The notes under the pieces: model-generated
Databases searched by the model: none
Told to the model about the DNA's origin: nothing
What the model saw: only the letters and a program-made list of their open reading frames with translations
In this document: positions 36,449 to 50,028 of the stretch, in pieces
Position numbering within the stretch: position 1 is the stretch's first letter
How the letters are laid out: each line of letters begins with the position of its first letter
Program-made: the position numbers and the translations under genes
Source: Felis catus
Lineage: Eukaryota
Direction: 5' to 3'
Assembly (NCBI RefSeq): GCF_018350175.1
Contig: NC_058383.1
Location: forward strand, 24,492,001 to 24,556,000
Length of the DNA stretch: 64,000 bases

Positions 36449-36656
36449 TTTTTTTTTAATGTTTATTTTTAAGAGAGAGAGAGAGAGAGAGTCTGAGTGG
36501 GAGAGGGGCAGAGAGAGGAAGACACAGAGTCGGAAGCAGGCTCCAGACTCTAAGCTGTCAGCACAGAGCCCAACACAGGGCTGGCACCCACAAACTGTGA
36601 GATCATGACCTGAGCCGAAGTCAGACGCTCAATCGACTGAGCCACACAGGTGCCCC
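36449..36656 (-). mobile_element. Can-SINE
   Basis: TSD actatgtgccaagctctt. Confidence 0.9.
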
Positions 36657-37100
36657 ACTATGTGCCAAGCTCTTGTTGAACTCTTCACAATAGTGAAGAA
36701 GTCAGACACGATCCAGGCCCTCATGGTATTTATATCCCATGACAAACCTAAAACGGCTCATTATACATTATTTCATTACAGTTGTGCTGAGTGGGAAGAG
36801 TTCAGAATGTGAGCTTTAAGCAGGGAAACTTAACATCCTAACTAGAAGCCCAGGGGACTCTCCAGGGACAGGAGACCTGAAAGGGGCAGGGAAAGATGAG
36901 TAACCCAAGAGGGAGAGAAGAGACGATAGAGGTAAAGGGACCAGGAGGGTGATCCTGGCACTATCCAAGGGGAAACAAGTGTCAATGCAACTGGTGTCTC
37001 TGGAAGGCAGTCCATTGCAGAAGATTTTACCTTTGGTACCATCTCCCTTCCTGTGTCTTGTGGATGTGTCACTACATAAAAGTGGTTTCTAATCCTTTAG

Positions 37101-37237
37101 GTGGAATCTATCCTGTTCCCGGAGTTGAAAGGATATAATCTGATTCTTGGAACCATTAACCCTGAAGAAAAACTGGTTTCTGATTTTGTGAATCAAACCT
37201 TTGAGGTATTTCAGAAAAATCAAGTCGGCCCCCGCAA
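37101..37237 (+). CDS. DNAH3: DNAH3 coding exon 11
   Basis: tag|VESILFPELKGYNLILGTINPEEKLVSDFVNQTFEVFQKNQVGPR(K)|gtaagt; phase 0-2; translated by hand (not in the ORF track). Confidence 0.93.
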
Positions 37238-37773
37238 GTAAGTGGGTTTAGTTGTAACTTAGCCATTTTGGCATTGGTTTGTTTGTCATCAAATAAATAA
37301 TTGCTGTTCCCATGCACCCAAAACACACTGTAGTAAGAACAGCCAACACTTACATTGGAATTACTATTTATCCCCATCTTACAGATGAGGAAACTTTCCC
37401 AATGTTATACAGCAAATAAATAAAAGAACCAGAATTCAATTACAGGTGTGCCTCCACTATCTGAAAGCTGCAAGGCCAGATAAGTTTTGGCATTTAGAAA
37501 TTGCCGGATTTTAGCAAAGTAACATAATGCATATTTCAGATATTATGATGCAGCTTCAGCAAGATCTCAGGTTGCACCCCTTCATTAAATCTATTGATAT
37601 TTCTGGAGTGAAAAATATGACTATTCACACAAGTATCCTCACATCGGTTTACACCAGCTTTTGCTATCAAATGAATTTTGAAGCAGCTTTCTGTTTTCAG
37701 AGCTTTTGGACTTAGGAATTAAAGGAAATTGAGGACAAGTTATCTGAATGCTCCTTAATCATTGTACTGTAGG

Positions 37774-37897
37774 GGGGCACCTGGGTGGCTCAGTCGGTTA
37801 AGGGTCTGACTCTTGGTTTCAGCTCAGGTCATGATCTCACGGTTCATGGGTTTGAGCCCCGTATTGGGCTCCGCACTGACAGTGCAGAGCCTGCTTG

Positions 37898-37964
<67 letters not shown>

Positions 37965-38008
37965 GCCCCTCCCCCCTTCCTTTTATCTCAAAATAAATAA
38001 ACTTAAAA
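37774..38008 (+). mobile_element. Can-SINE with long (CT)n
   Basis: Head, long CT dinucleotide run, A tail. Confidence 0.9.
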
Positions 38009-38557
38009 TCATCATACTATAGAATATCTCACAGTTGCTCATGTAAGCAGTCCCTAGTTTAGGGTGATCATTTATATAATACTGCTTCCAAACTGAGACA
38101 CTTTGAGAGTGAAAAGGTATTAACAATTACCATGGTACAACAAGTGTAAATCGAAGCTGTCCCAGGAAAACCAGGATATATGGGTTTCCTGACTGCAGCT
38201 CTGTCAACATTTTAGACCAGAAAATCCTGTATTGTGAGGAGCTGCTGTGCATGGTAGGATGTTTAGCATCATCCCTGGCCTATACCCATCTTCCCACAAC
38301 CAAAATCATCCCCAGACATGGCCAAATGCCCCCTGAGTGGTCAAATTGCCCTCAGTTGAGAACTACTTCTGATCTAGTCTGAGAATCATAAATTCAGATT
38401 TGGAAGCTCTGCCCTTATGAGTTTGATTTGGGGACATCTATTTGAAACCTCTGTTCTCCCTGTTCTTGGAGTCTGACACAGTTTGTCTTTCTGGACTGAC
38501 AGATTTGGACTGACTGCTCCTTAGATTGTATCTCAGTTTTAGAATCTCTGAAGTGTT

Positions 38558-38750
38558 GGGGCACCTGGGTGGCTTAGTTAAACGTCCAACTCTTGATTTC
38601 AGCTCAGCGCATGATTTCACAATTTGTGAGTTCGAGCCCTGTGTCGGGCTCTGCACTGACAGCATGGAGCCTGCTTGGGATTTTCTCTCTCTTCCTCTCT
38701 CTCTCTGCTCCTCCTCCTCTCTCCTCAAAACAAGTAAAAATAATAAACAT
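38558..38750 (+). mobile_element. Can-SINE with TSD ttagaatctctgaagtgttgg
   Basis: Direct repeat at ~38539 and ~38751. Confidence 0.92.
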
Positions 38751-39496
38751 TTAGAATCTCTGAAGTGTTGGCCAACTCTTGGAAGTATACCACTGTGGCC
38801 CAAAAATTAATTCTGCTAACTTAATACCTTCTTATTTTAATTCAAACTTTTTTTAAAAAGGTCTTATTTTTAAGTTATCCCTACATCCAATATGGTACTC
38901 AAACTCACAACCCCAAGATCCAGAGTCACACGTTCTACTGACTCCTTGAGCCAAGCATCCTTAATTCAAACGTATTTTAAGTCAGAACATCCCAAACACA
39001 TCCTCCTCCAATTTGGGAGAAACTGTCCAGCTATTTTTGCATGATATGACAGAGCAGAAAACTAAATTTATCCCATAGATGTTAGGTTCATTAGTTCCAA
39101 ATTTTCATCTTAAAATTTAGACATAGGGTTTTAGAACTGGAAGAAAGGATAGGAGCTAATATGTTGGGCAAAGCATTCGTTGCTTTATATGTATATTATT
39201 GTAGGTAAGCTTTACAGCAATCCTATGAGGTGTTACTATTTCTACTTTAAAGATACTGATATTTGGGAAAAAAGAGAAATATCTTGTCTAAGTTCATATA
39301 GCTAAGAAGTGGCAAGATTGGAGTTTGAAGCCAAAGTTCTGAATTCCCAGTTCACTGTACCTTTTGCAACGTTATATTTCCCTTTCCTGGCTAGGGCTAA
39401 TTTTTACTATATTTATGTCTTCATTTTCCCCTCTGCCTAATCTGATTTGGTGACCTGTATTTGCTTGTCTGATTTTCCACTCTTCGATTATGGAAG

Positions 39497-39602
39497 ATAC
39501 TTAAATGTATACAAAAAATACGATGACTTATTGGATAACACGGCTGAACAAAGCATCACTGCGTTCCTGAAAGAAAATCATGATATCGAGGATTTTGTGA
39601 CG
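39497..39602 (+). CDS. DNAH3: DNAH3 coding exon 12
   Basis: aag|YLNVYKKYDDLLDNTAEQSITAFLKENHDIEDFVT|gtaggg; phase 2-0. Confidence 0.93.
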
Positions 39603-39785
39603 GTAGGGAAAGTAATTTGATATATATCTTGGAGACGTGTGCTGCAGACAGTCCAATGAGTAGTCAGTGTATTTCGATACATTGTGCTGTGCTCAACATT
39701 GGACTGGGTTGGCTGGGGGTGAGGCTGGGGCAAAAGCAGGGAGGCTAAAGGCAAATCAAGCTACTGACTGTGCTCCTTTCTACAG

Positions 39786-39964
39786 AGGATCAGTAGCATA
39801 AAAAAGCGGAGAAATGAAATTGCCTCCATGCACATTACCGTGCCTTTGGCCATGTTCTGCCTTGACACCATGACCCTGAATTATGACCTGTGTGAGCGAG
39901 CCCAAAATTTGAAAGACCGTCTGATTCAATTCCAAGTGGATGTAAACCGGCACACCAATACCAG
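39786..39964 (+). CDS. DNAH3: DNAH3 coding exon 13
   Basis: cag|RISSIKKRRNEIASMHITVPLAMFCLDTMTLNYDLCERAQNLKDRLIQFQVDVNRHTNT(S)|gtatcg; phase 0-2. Confidence 0.94.
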
Positions 39965-40439
39965 GTATCGTGATTGTGGGTAGAGAAGTAGCAACAGTAT
40001 TTGGCATGAACGGGAGAATAGAAAAGTGGACAAAACTTGCACCTTCTATTAATGACCAGACAGAACTTCTAGCTCAAGTTGTTTTTGCCCCCAGAGTGAG
40101 GGTGGCAGGGAATTCAGGTTCAGGCTAGAAGGTGATCAGTAGGGAAAAAACTACATGGGGCTTGGAACAGGAGTGTGGAAAGCATCCTGCAGCTATCCAT
40201 CTCTGATCTCTCAGTGTTTGCTTCCTTGGAGGCACCGTCAGGGAGATGCTGCCTCTTGGGTTTGGCCATCAGAGGTCCTCTCCCTGGCCATGTAGTACAT
40301 TTTCAGAGACACAGGGTGCTTACAGGCACCCCCCTAGAACCACTCCTATGCAGGCTTCTGCTGTACAGATCTGAGGATTCTGTCATTTGGTCTTAATTAA
40401 GCTCTATGTCATACCTTCATTTCACTGATGACTATATAT

Positions 40440-41415
40440 TAGTCCAGTCATTTTTGGTTCTAAGGAATAGAAGCCCAGACAGGTTGGCCAAAGTGGAAAA
40501 GGTAATTTGAGTCTCACGTGTTGAAAAGTTGAAGAATTGCTAGCTTCAGGCCATCAACACTACAATTAGGATGCAGTCTCTCTCCCTCTACTGGGCTTTC
40601 ATTCTCTCTCAGGGTTTCTCCTGTTTCTGGGCCCAGCAGTTCCAGGCTTACATCCTCCCTGATTCCCATCCAGAGGGGTCAGTGGTTTCTGTCTTTCCAG
40701 TTACCTCAAAAAGTCCTGGCCTGTGTGACACTAGCCTGACTTGGGTCTTTTGTGCAGCACTGAACCAAATGCCATGGTGAAGAAGATGGCTTAGATCGGG
40801 TGGCAATCCCATCTCTGGGGTGGATGTCTGTCCTATGTGAACCATGTGAATTTGGGGTGGGGGTACCCCAAGACTTAGGGTGTAGTTCCCAGAAGAGGGA
40901 AAGATGCTAAGAGGCTGGGAGACCAACCATCTGGGGTCTTTCTTATAAGAGCACTAAACCCATATATGAGGGCATAGCTCTCATGACCTATTTACCTTCC
41001 AAAGGCCACCTCCAAATACCATCACATTAGAGAATAGGTTTTAACATAAGGATTTTGGGGGCACACAAACATTCAGCCTGTAGCAAAAACACTAGTGCCC
41101 AGTGTGTGGCTGTATTTGAAGCCTAGCCCTTGAAGGAGATGATGAGGTTAAATGAGGTCATAAGGATGAGATCCTAATCCGATAGGGCTGTTGCCCTTGT
41201 AGGAAGAGGAGGAGGCACCAGAGCTCTTTCCCCCTCTCCCCACATGAGGACACAGTGAGAAGGCAGCTGTCTGCAAGCCAGAAAGAAAGCCTTCATTAGG
41301 AACCAAATTGGTCGGTACTTTGACCTTGGACTTCCCAGCCTCTAAGAACTGTGAGAGAATAATTTCCTGTTTTTTAAGCCATCCAGTATGTGATGTTTTG
41401 TTATGGTAGCCCAAG
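40440..41415. mobile_element. Cluster of MLT1-type MaLR LTR fragments
   Basis: tcttataagagcactaaaccc..cctccaaataccatcacatt; gaggttaaatgaggtcataagg..accttggacttcccagcctctaagaactgtgaga. Confidence 0.72.
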
Positions 41416-41975
41416 CTTACTGTTAGAATACCCGACTAAAAATGCAAAGGAGGCTGGGACGTGTAATGTGGCTCTGAGTCCAAAAAGTGGAAAATGCTAT
41501 GTAATATTGAGCCTATGTAGTACAGTAGATAAATTTTCTCTGCAGAAAGTTTCTAAATTGTGTAGAAATTCATTTTTAAGATCCTGGAAGTGTCTGCAAA
41601 GATGTTTTAATCATTTTTTCTTCAGTTTGATGTAATTAGCTTCACTATGGAGGGGTCTCTATACATTAAGAAGGAATATTGAGTGTCAGCTATACTTCAA
41701 TTGAAAAAACAAAAACAACAAAAGAAGGAATATTGAGGACTGAAAATATTGGAATGAGTGGTTTTTATAATGCATGAATGTCAACATGTAATAATCAATT
41801 ACTAATAAAAATTATGATAGCTATTGCTAGCATTTCTTAAGGGCTACTATGTGCTAGGCATGGATGTATTACAGGCAGTTTGTTCCTAATTATAATTAAA
41901 ATACTGATGATGGTCATCGCTGGCTTTTGCATAAGTTAGGGACATTCAAATTATCCTTAAATAGCATCCTTTCTT

Positions 41976-42139
41976 GGGGCACCTGGGTGGCTCAGTAGGT
42001 TAAGCACCTGCCTCTTGGTTTCTGCTCAGGTCATCTCAGTTTGTGAGAGCCTGCCTGGGGTTCTCTCCCTCTCTCTTTCTGCCCTTCCCCTGCTCGCTCT
42101 CTCTCTCTCCCTCTCAAAATAAATAAACTTTGAAAAAAA
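41976..42139 (+). mobile_element. Can-SINE (internally deleted)
   Basis: TSD atagcatcctttct. Confidence 0.88.
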
Positions 42140-42562
42140 GATAGCATCCTTTCTCATAGTCTTGTGTTTGGGAAGCAGGCAGTTAGGTCTAGTGGTCCCA
42201 GTGGTTGAATGTCACTTTCTCTTTGCCAACCAGGAACTACCTCTAGCACATGAGGATAAACTTGCTGACATACTATAAACAGTAGTGATTACCATTAGTT
42301 TAGTGTTCTACTTCAGTGTAAAATTCAAGGAATTGCTATTGCTGGTGGTGGTGGTGGTATGCTTGTTGTTTGGGTCTAAATCTGGATTCTACCCATGGCA
42401 TATCTGTTAAGAGTACAAGCTTTGGAATCGTTTGAGCCAGGGTCACATCTTGTCCCTGACACCTCCACAGCATGTTGCTTTGGACAGAGTTACTCAGCCT
42501 TACTTTCTTCCATTATAAAATGTTGATAATAACAGTCCCTACCCCTTAGAATTGTTGTGAAG

Positions 42563-42566
<4 letters not shown>

Positions 42567-42618
<52 letters not shown>

Positions 42619-42730
42619 TATATATCTTATGTGTGTGTGTATATATATATACATACACCCATATATGTATATATTATGTATATATGTATGTATGTATACA
42701 TAATAAATACATATATATATATATATATAT
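42567..42730. repeat. Compound (TA)n/(TG)n microsatellite
   Basis: Long TA run followed by degenerate TA/TG/CA repeats. Confidence 0.92.
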
Positions 42731-42983
42731 TCACTGATTAGAATAGGGCATGGCACGTAGTAAAGGGCTTAAAACCTATGAGATGTTATTTCCTTTACTA
42801 TTGTTTGTATTCTTGAGGTGTGGTGTGCACATGAATATTACCTATCACAGATCTGCAGGTAGAGAAGAGTTGGAAACCATTGTTCTAGTCTCCAGATGAG
42901 AATTATACCTGTTTAGCATAAACGTCTTAAAAGAAAGTGATTTTAGATGGTAGAGATGATGATGGCTGTTCCTCTCCCTGTAG

Positions 42984-43168
42984 CATTTGCAATCAGTACA
43001 GCACCATTGCAGACAAAGTCAGTGAAATTCCTGCCAACACTGAGGAGCTGGTATTCCTCATTGAATTCTTAAAGAAATCCAGTGATGTCACGGTGTTCAA
43101 ACTCCGGAGGCAACTTAGAGATGCAAGTGAACGGCTAGAGTTCCTGATGGACTATGCAGACTTGCCCC
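42984..43168 (+). CDS. DNAH3: DNAH3 coding exon 14
   Basis: tag|ICNQYSTIADKVSEIPANTEELVFLIEFLKKSS..LEFLMDYADLP|gtaagt; phase 2-1. Confidence 0.95.
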
Positions 43169-44377
43169 GTAAGTCCAATGACATGTAGATTTGTGTGCAA
43201 ACGTACATGTATATTTATATTTTTAGAGGTAAGGAGTCAGGAAGGAGAGTCGGCAGTCCTACCTCTAAATGTCAATATTGGGAGTGCTGCTTTTCAAGTG
43301 TCCTTATACGTTACAGGCACCAATTCCATGGTCTTATCCTCAGGAATTTGAATCAAACAAAGGGATTTCTTATTGTTAGACTAAAAGAAGAAATATCTAG
43401 GGATTTGAGTTCTTAGATGCCTGTCCTGGTATCTTGTGTCTGGTTTCTGGAAAAAATCACTTCCAAATGCAGAGTCCTTTTATAAATGGATAGATTTCAG
43501 TTATCTATAATCTTAATACAATTTTACCTTTGAGGAGAGGCCAGGGCACTTTCCTTCATGCTCCTGAATATCTTTAAAGGAAAGAAATGGCCAGAGCCCT
43601 TTCAAGGCTTGTTGGGCCAAGTTAGAGTTTTGTAAGGACCAGGTTCTGAAGGAAAAACTGATACACTCTCCACAAGCCAAGTTTTCAGATCTTCCTTCCA
43701 TCTGGAAATACCTGTGAATTTACCTGGTGTTCATGGTATTTGGGGGAAAGAGTGATGGGAGGGAGAGATGGGTACTGGGATTGAGAGAGGGGTTGCCCTA
43801 ACCATCCCCCTGCACATTCATGAGCTGTGCCCTTGACCATGTGAACACACACTGGACCTCTGCTTCCTACGTTCTTCAGGGTACAGAGAGAGCCCAGGAC
43901 ATTCAGCTGACCTGAGCCTTAGAGTGATACTGATTTTATTACTGACATTTAACTAGAAGGGAGACTGAGTCTCAGATGAGGTGACAATTTAAAGAAATGG
44001 AACTTCAGCCCAAGTTTCTACTCTACTCAGATGCACCCTGGGAAAGCAATGAAACCTAATGGTTAGAACATTAGCTTTAGAGTTGGTTAGACCTGGGTTT
44101 GAAATCGTCTCTGCTGCCTTCTAGTGGTGTGACCTTGATTACTTGGCTAAACTTTGTTTCCCATCTGTAAGAACAAGGATGATAATACTGTTGCCCTTCT
44201 AGCCTGGCACTTGGTAAGTGCTCGATAAACATTGGCTATCATTCATCCATAATGGGCCCATCCATTCGTTGCCACCCCCACACCCACTTCTGTTGACTTC
44301 TTGTTCTGCTGAATTAATTCCCTGAATGCTGACCTATGCTGAACAGTGTCCTGGAGCAGACTGTATGTGTTTTGCAG

Positions 44378-44501
44378 AAGAGGACATCAAACTGAACAGC
44401 ACTCTTTTCCTCTGGCCAGACCAGATTGAAGATATCTTTGAAAACAGCCGAAACTTGCTCCTTAGCAAGAGAGATCAGGCTGAGATGGACCTCATTAAAA
44501 G
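44378..44501 (+). CDS. DNAH3: DNAH3 coding exon 15
   Basis: cag|(Q)EDIKLNSTLFLWPDQIEDIFENSRNLLLSKRDQAEMDLIK(R)|gtacaa; phase 1-2. Confidence 0.92.
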
Positions 44502-47245
44502 GTACAAGGAGAGTCTGAGGTTATTTCAGAAATGATACCCAGCTTTGTAACACACTGCATGTTTCTGGTTCTGCCTAGAGCCCCCCCCACCCCCCACAGG
44601 AATGCGTGGGCGAAGGCTGAAGACAAATGGTGGAGAAGAAATTTCCTTTTGTTTCCCACTGAGGGATGTTCTCTTTAAGCCTGCTTCACTGTGGTGACCC
44701 TGCCAATGCCTTCTCTCCCTGCTTTGAACAATTGGAATTTGGTGGTACAGAGAGAAAAAGACAAAAATAGTGGCATGTAATAATGGCCTCACAATAATAA
44801 TAGCAAAATTGTCAGCCTTACATTGGAGACCACAGATCTCTGAGTTATCAAGACAGGGATAATAGAGGCATGGTAGGAGGCTGAGAAATTGCCTATTTTG
44901 CAGCTGGTCTTGTTCAATGCTAATGTGGCTGTATCATTTATTCATTCATTATTTGTCAATTCAACCAGTATTTATTAAGGATTTTTACTATGGGCTGTGC
45001 TGTATTCTAGACATGTAAGTTTGTTTGGCTACTAAATAAAGATTTTAATCCAGAGGCAGAGAAAATATAGGCATACTGAAAAATCAAACAATGTTGAGTG
45101 AAGTGGGCCAAGTGCCACGTACAGGGCAAAGACATGCACGCAGGCACACATACCCATCCCAGCTTCTAACACTTGGTTTGTGAACTGTGGTCATACCAGT
45201 TACTATCCCCTTCACGTGTGAAGTGCCCACTGCCCAACCTTAGGTCCTATAGTCCCTGAAAATACTTAGAAGGAAGGAAAAATGTAGATAAAAGAAATTT
45301 CTACATAGAATGGGAGTTTGGGCTGAAGGAGAAAACGTGCACACAATTTTTTCTTCCAGTGGCCTCTTCTCTCTACCTAAATGAATACTGTCCTCAGAAC
45401 CTAGAACTAGCCCAGTAGGTGGTACTGAAAATTTTTAATCAATAAACTTTATTTCTTGGAGCAGTTTTAAAATTCACAACAAAAGTGAGAAAGTACAGAG
45501 TTCCTATTTACCCCATGGCCCCTTATGCACAGCCTCCACCATGGAACTGATTTGCAGGTTCGTGAACAGGAGCAAATTTATCTTTTTGAGCCTTAGTGTC
45601 CTCATCCAGAAAATGGGATAACAGAGTCCATCTCAGATCATCTCATTTCCTGAGACGTATCATTGTGCAGAGGGATGAAATGAGACGATGTGATATTGTG
45701 CCTGAGTGGTACCCAGAACATGGTAGGTATTCAGAAACCATCTGCTTCCTTCATCCTTTGAACAATGACTTCTTTGGGGAAAAAAATCCCCAGACCACAG
45801 CCTTGCAAGCATACTCTCAGTGCTCTAAGACTATTCAGAGGCAGCAAATGCTGTTAAAGTTCAGAGGAGTGACGGGTGGCTCTGGGAGAAATGTGAACTG
45901 TCATTTATGGTGAGAGGAGAACACTATTGGAGGGGCGACTCTTAGCCTGATGGCATGACTGGTTCCTGAGCTCTCAACAGTGGATTCAGCACAAGAGCAC
46001 CTCTAGGAGAACCCCATAGCCCTGGGTCCAGCCTTCTCTTTGGTGAACTCTTAAAACTCACGTCCATCATTCTTGCATTAGTGCTGAGAACAATGTGTGA
46101 GGAGGGCTGAGCAATATTCATTGATTCATTTGTTGTCTGTGAAAGCAACCCCATTCCCTCTCTAAGAAACTTGACCTGTTTTCCCAGCCCACATTAATTT
46201 TTGGCTTTGGTGCTAATTTTTCTCCATTTGCTGTCCCCATCTCAGTTCCCATTGTTCCCTTGGCCCAAGGGGTCATAGTGGCTTCCCTGTAAGGCTACCC
46301 ATATCTCACCTCTGTAGGTAGTCTCTTCATTAAAGCCTCTCTCTGCGGACATTGGAGTAAGTTCCATTTCATGCCAGAATTCTGACCAGTCCACCATCTT
46401 GAAATCCCTAAATTATCCTCTCTTAGACTCCAGGTGGTCCCACAAATACAAGTCAGTTACTCAACCTAGTTTCCCCAGTGCCTACTATTTACTAGTGACT
46501 GTATTATTATATGAAATATATGCCTATGTATTTATTATGGCCATGAAAATACTTTGGAAACTATAATGTGCTAAGCAATTATAACTCAATACTATATAAT
46601 ATAATCTACCTTGTTAGAAAAAGGGAAAAATAAATTTGTGACCTGCTTTGTTGCTAAAAGGTCTTCCCTGATCATTCTAGCTGGAGTAGCCTTGTACTTC
46701 CATCCACTAGGCACTCTTCCCTGTTTTATTTTCTTCAAAGTATTTATCACCATCAGAAACACAACATTTTATCTTTATGTGTGAATTTATCCATCCATCT
46801 CTCCACCCACCCACCCATCCATCCATGTGTATTTCTTGTCTAGGTCTCCTCAAACTAAAATGCAAGCTCCATGAGGCTAGTGTACATCAAAAATATGTCC
46901 CTGATGCCTAGAGCAGTCCTTGGAATGCATTAAGCCCTCAGTAATAAATATCTAATGGATAACAATAATGTGTATACATACATTTTATATATATGTATAT
47001 AGTATATAGATTTCATATATGTGCACACGTATGTATTTACCGATACAGGAAAACATCTGGAAATGTTTAACCACCAATAGATTCATAGCAGGCATCTCTG
47101 AGAGGTAGGATCATAAGTTAATATACTGTATTATATCATACATCATATCAGATTCTCCCCAGGCTTGAATATGAGTGAGCAATGCTGATACTCTGAAAAT
47201 CAAATTGGAAAGTCCAGATGTGATTGGGATGTCCTTTGCTTTTAG

Positions 47246-47399
47246 GTGCTCAGAATTTGAGTCGAAACTTGAGGGATACAGCAAGGAACTGGAAGGGTTT
47301 AGGAAACGTGAAGTGATGACTACAGAAGAAATGAAGAACAATGTTGAAAAGCTTCATGAGCTTTCAAAGAACCTAGATCAAGCACTGGTGGAATTTGAG
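47246..47399 (+). CDS. DNAH3: DNAH3 coding exon 16
   Basis: tag|CSEFESKLEGYSKELEGFRKREVMTTEEMKNNVEKLHELSKNLDQALVEFE|gtttgg; phase 2-0. Confidence 0.94.
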
Positions 47400-48189
47400 G
47401 TTTGGGGTCTAGGGGTCTGGGTTGGAGACTTATGACTCTGTCCTGCTCTCTTCATTCTGTTTCTTGGTTCTGCATTATCCTAACATCACCTGTCAGGTAG
47501 ATACTGTTGATTGGTTGGTTGACCACTTCTTTCATTGGTGCTTTCAGCTACCTTTTTCTACATCCCTACATTATACCAGCTTTTTTGTTAGTTGCTGAGT
47601 GCACAAAGAAGAAATTACAGTAGAATAATTGCTCACGTATTTTGAGTATTTATTATGTGCTCAACAGTATACAAAGGGCTTCATATGCAATATATCACTT
47701 AACAGCCATAACAAACCTTTGGGGTAGGCATTGTTATTGTCCCTATTTATCTCTATTTAAAATGGGAGAACTAAGGCATAGAGAAGCTAAGGCAATTTCC
47801 CTGAAGGTCAGCAAATAAGTTCTCTAACCATTAAAGTCCTTATCTTTGAGGTAAGTCCACATAAGAAGACAATATCATGTAGACAGCTAATGTACATAAG
47901 AAAATTGTGAAAATGGGGACGTGGATATGGTAGAGTAGGATCAAAGATGATGGAGCAAGTGGCAAATTATCCCAGGGTTTCATCCAGCTAGATCTTAGCT
48001 GTCGTGGCCCTCGGAGGTAGCAGAGGGACCGTTTTACTTGAGTCCATGCCTTATTTTTCTCTCTCGCTCTCTAGATGAACAAGCATCTTCCTCAACTTGG
48101 TGTTCAAAGCACTGAGGAATTTGCCATGGTGGCTTCCAGGGTTCAGAAAACCAGCCACCCAATAAACAGCATCCCCTTTTGCCCTGCAG

Positions 48190-48334
48190 TTGATCAATAA
48201 GGAAGAGGATCTGTTGGAAAAGGAGAAGAGTACCTTCCCTCTCCTGCAAACCGTGTTGACCAACAAAGGGCCTTATGAGCAGCTGTGGCTGACAACATAC
48301 GAGTTTAGCATCAAGTCAGAGGAGTGGATGAACG
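48190..48334 (+). CDS. DNAH3: DNAH3 coding exon 17
   Basis: cag|LINKEEDLLEKEKSTFPLLQTVLTNKGPYEQLWLTTYEFSIKSEEWMN(G)|gtatgt; phase 0-1. Confidence 0.94.
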
Positions 48335-49458
48335 GTATGTTGCAGGCTCACTCTACTGGGACAGGGTAGGGATGAGATAGTGGATCCAACCTAGCCAGTT
48401 CTAGAATAGGGTTTGGACTTTAGCTTCAGGCTGGACTTTTTATCATATTCTTATACTCTAGAGTAACGCAGCCACACAGTCGGATTTTTCCAATGTGATA
48501 ATGATGGGAAGTGGGGATTGAAGAGCCAAGACCTTTTGCTAGGGTAGAATGGAAGGGGCAGCCACCCAGAGCTGTGGATTGTGGAGAGGCAGGTGAGAGG
48601 AGAATAAGATGGCAGTTGCACTACTGTGCTGCTTCAAGAAAGGCCAGAGTGCCACAGATAACTGTAAACTACTCCTTTTTCTTTAGATCCTGGAGGCTAG
48701 AGAGAAATTAAGGTAGAGTCAACAGGACTTAATGATTGATTTCAAAGGGGCAAGGGGCAAGGAGGGAGAGGGGAGAAACTGGAGTGATTTCCAGATTATT
48801 AGCCCAGGCAGTTTGGTGGATATTGCCATCACTGAATGAGAGAAGTGACAAATTTGTTGGGAAAAAAGACACATCAATTTGAATATACTGGGTTTAAGGT
48901 GTCTGCAAACATCCAAATGGGAACATTAACTAACATTTGAGAAAATCAGCCTGAAGTAAGTTATAGGTTTGGCGGGGGGTGATTTATATTGGGGAATGAT
49001 TGAGTATAGATTACAAGTAAAAGGCATGAATGATGTCACCTGGGGAGAGGGCATAAGAGCAGGGGACAAACACAGGGACCCTTAGAGGTGAGCCTTCAGT
49101 TTCCAGTGCCGCAGTTATTTCAAGCACAACTGTAATGAGCATCTTTGCACCAGTTTTCTGGATGCAATTTTGATCGTTTTCTTAGGATAAATTCCTGAAA
49201 GTGAAATGGCTAGATCAAAGCTATTGTAATGAAAATTACTAGGATTTTAAAAACTGGTTGTTGATGATGATGATATTGTTATGGTCTTCCAGAAAAGTTG
49301 TTTTATTACCCTTCTAGCAGCACTTGAGTGCCCATTCTTCAAACCCTCAATGAACCTGGGAAATAATAGCTTTGAAAACTTTTTGCTGATTTATTTTATT
49401 TATTTGTTTGTTTGTTTAATTTAGTTTTGTTGATTTAATGTTTATTTTTCATTAAAAA

Positions 49459-49659
49459 TTTTTTTTTAATGTTTACTTGAGAGAAAGAGAACGCGAGCAG
49501 GGGAGGGGCAGAGACCGAGGGAGACACAGAATCCGAAGCAGGCTCCAGGCTCTGAGCTGTCAGCACAGAGCCCAATGTGGGGCTTGAACCCATGAACCGC
49601 AAGATCATGACCTGAGCCAAAGTCAGAAGCTTATAACTGACTGAGCCACCCAGGCACCT
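49459..49659 (-). mobile_element. Can-SINE
   Basis: poly(T), body, ends gagccacccaggcacc. Confidence 0.9.
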
Positions 49660-50028
49660 CTGTTGATTTTATGTTTAAATTGGCATTTTCTTTTTCATTT
49701 AAAAAACTTGCATTTTCACTGATGCTCTTAAACTTTCCAGGTTATCAGTCATATCTAAACAATATATTTTACCTTCTTTATTTATTTTCATACCCCTTTA
49801 TTTATTCACTGTTCTGTGTTGACCAGCACTTCCAAAATAAACAGTGGTAATAATGGGCATCTCTGTCTTCTTCCTGATTTTCATGGGAATTCCTGCAGAG
49901 TGTCACCTTTAAACATGATGCTTTTCATTGGTTTAAGATACAAAATTTTTATGGTGTCAGAGAAATATTTATAGTTGACCAAGTCTTTTTATTAGAAAGA
50001 GATACTGTATTAAAATTTTTTTACACTT

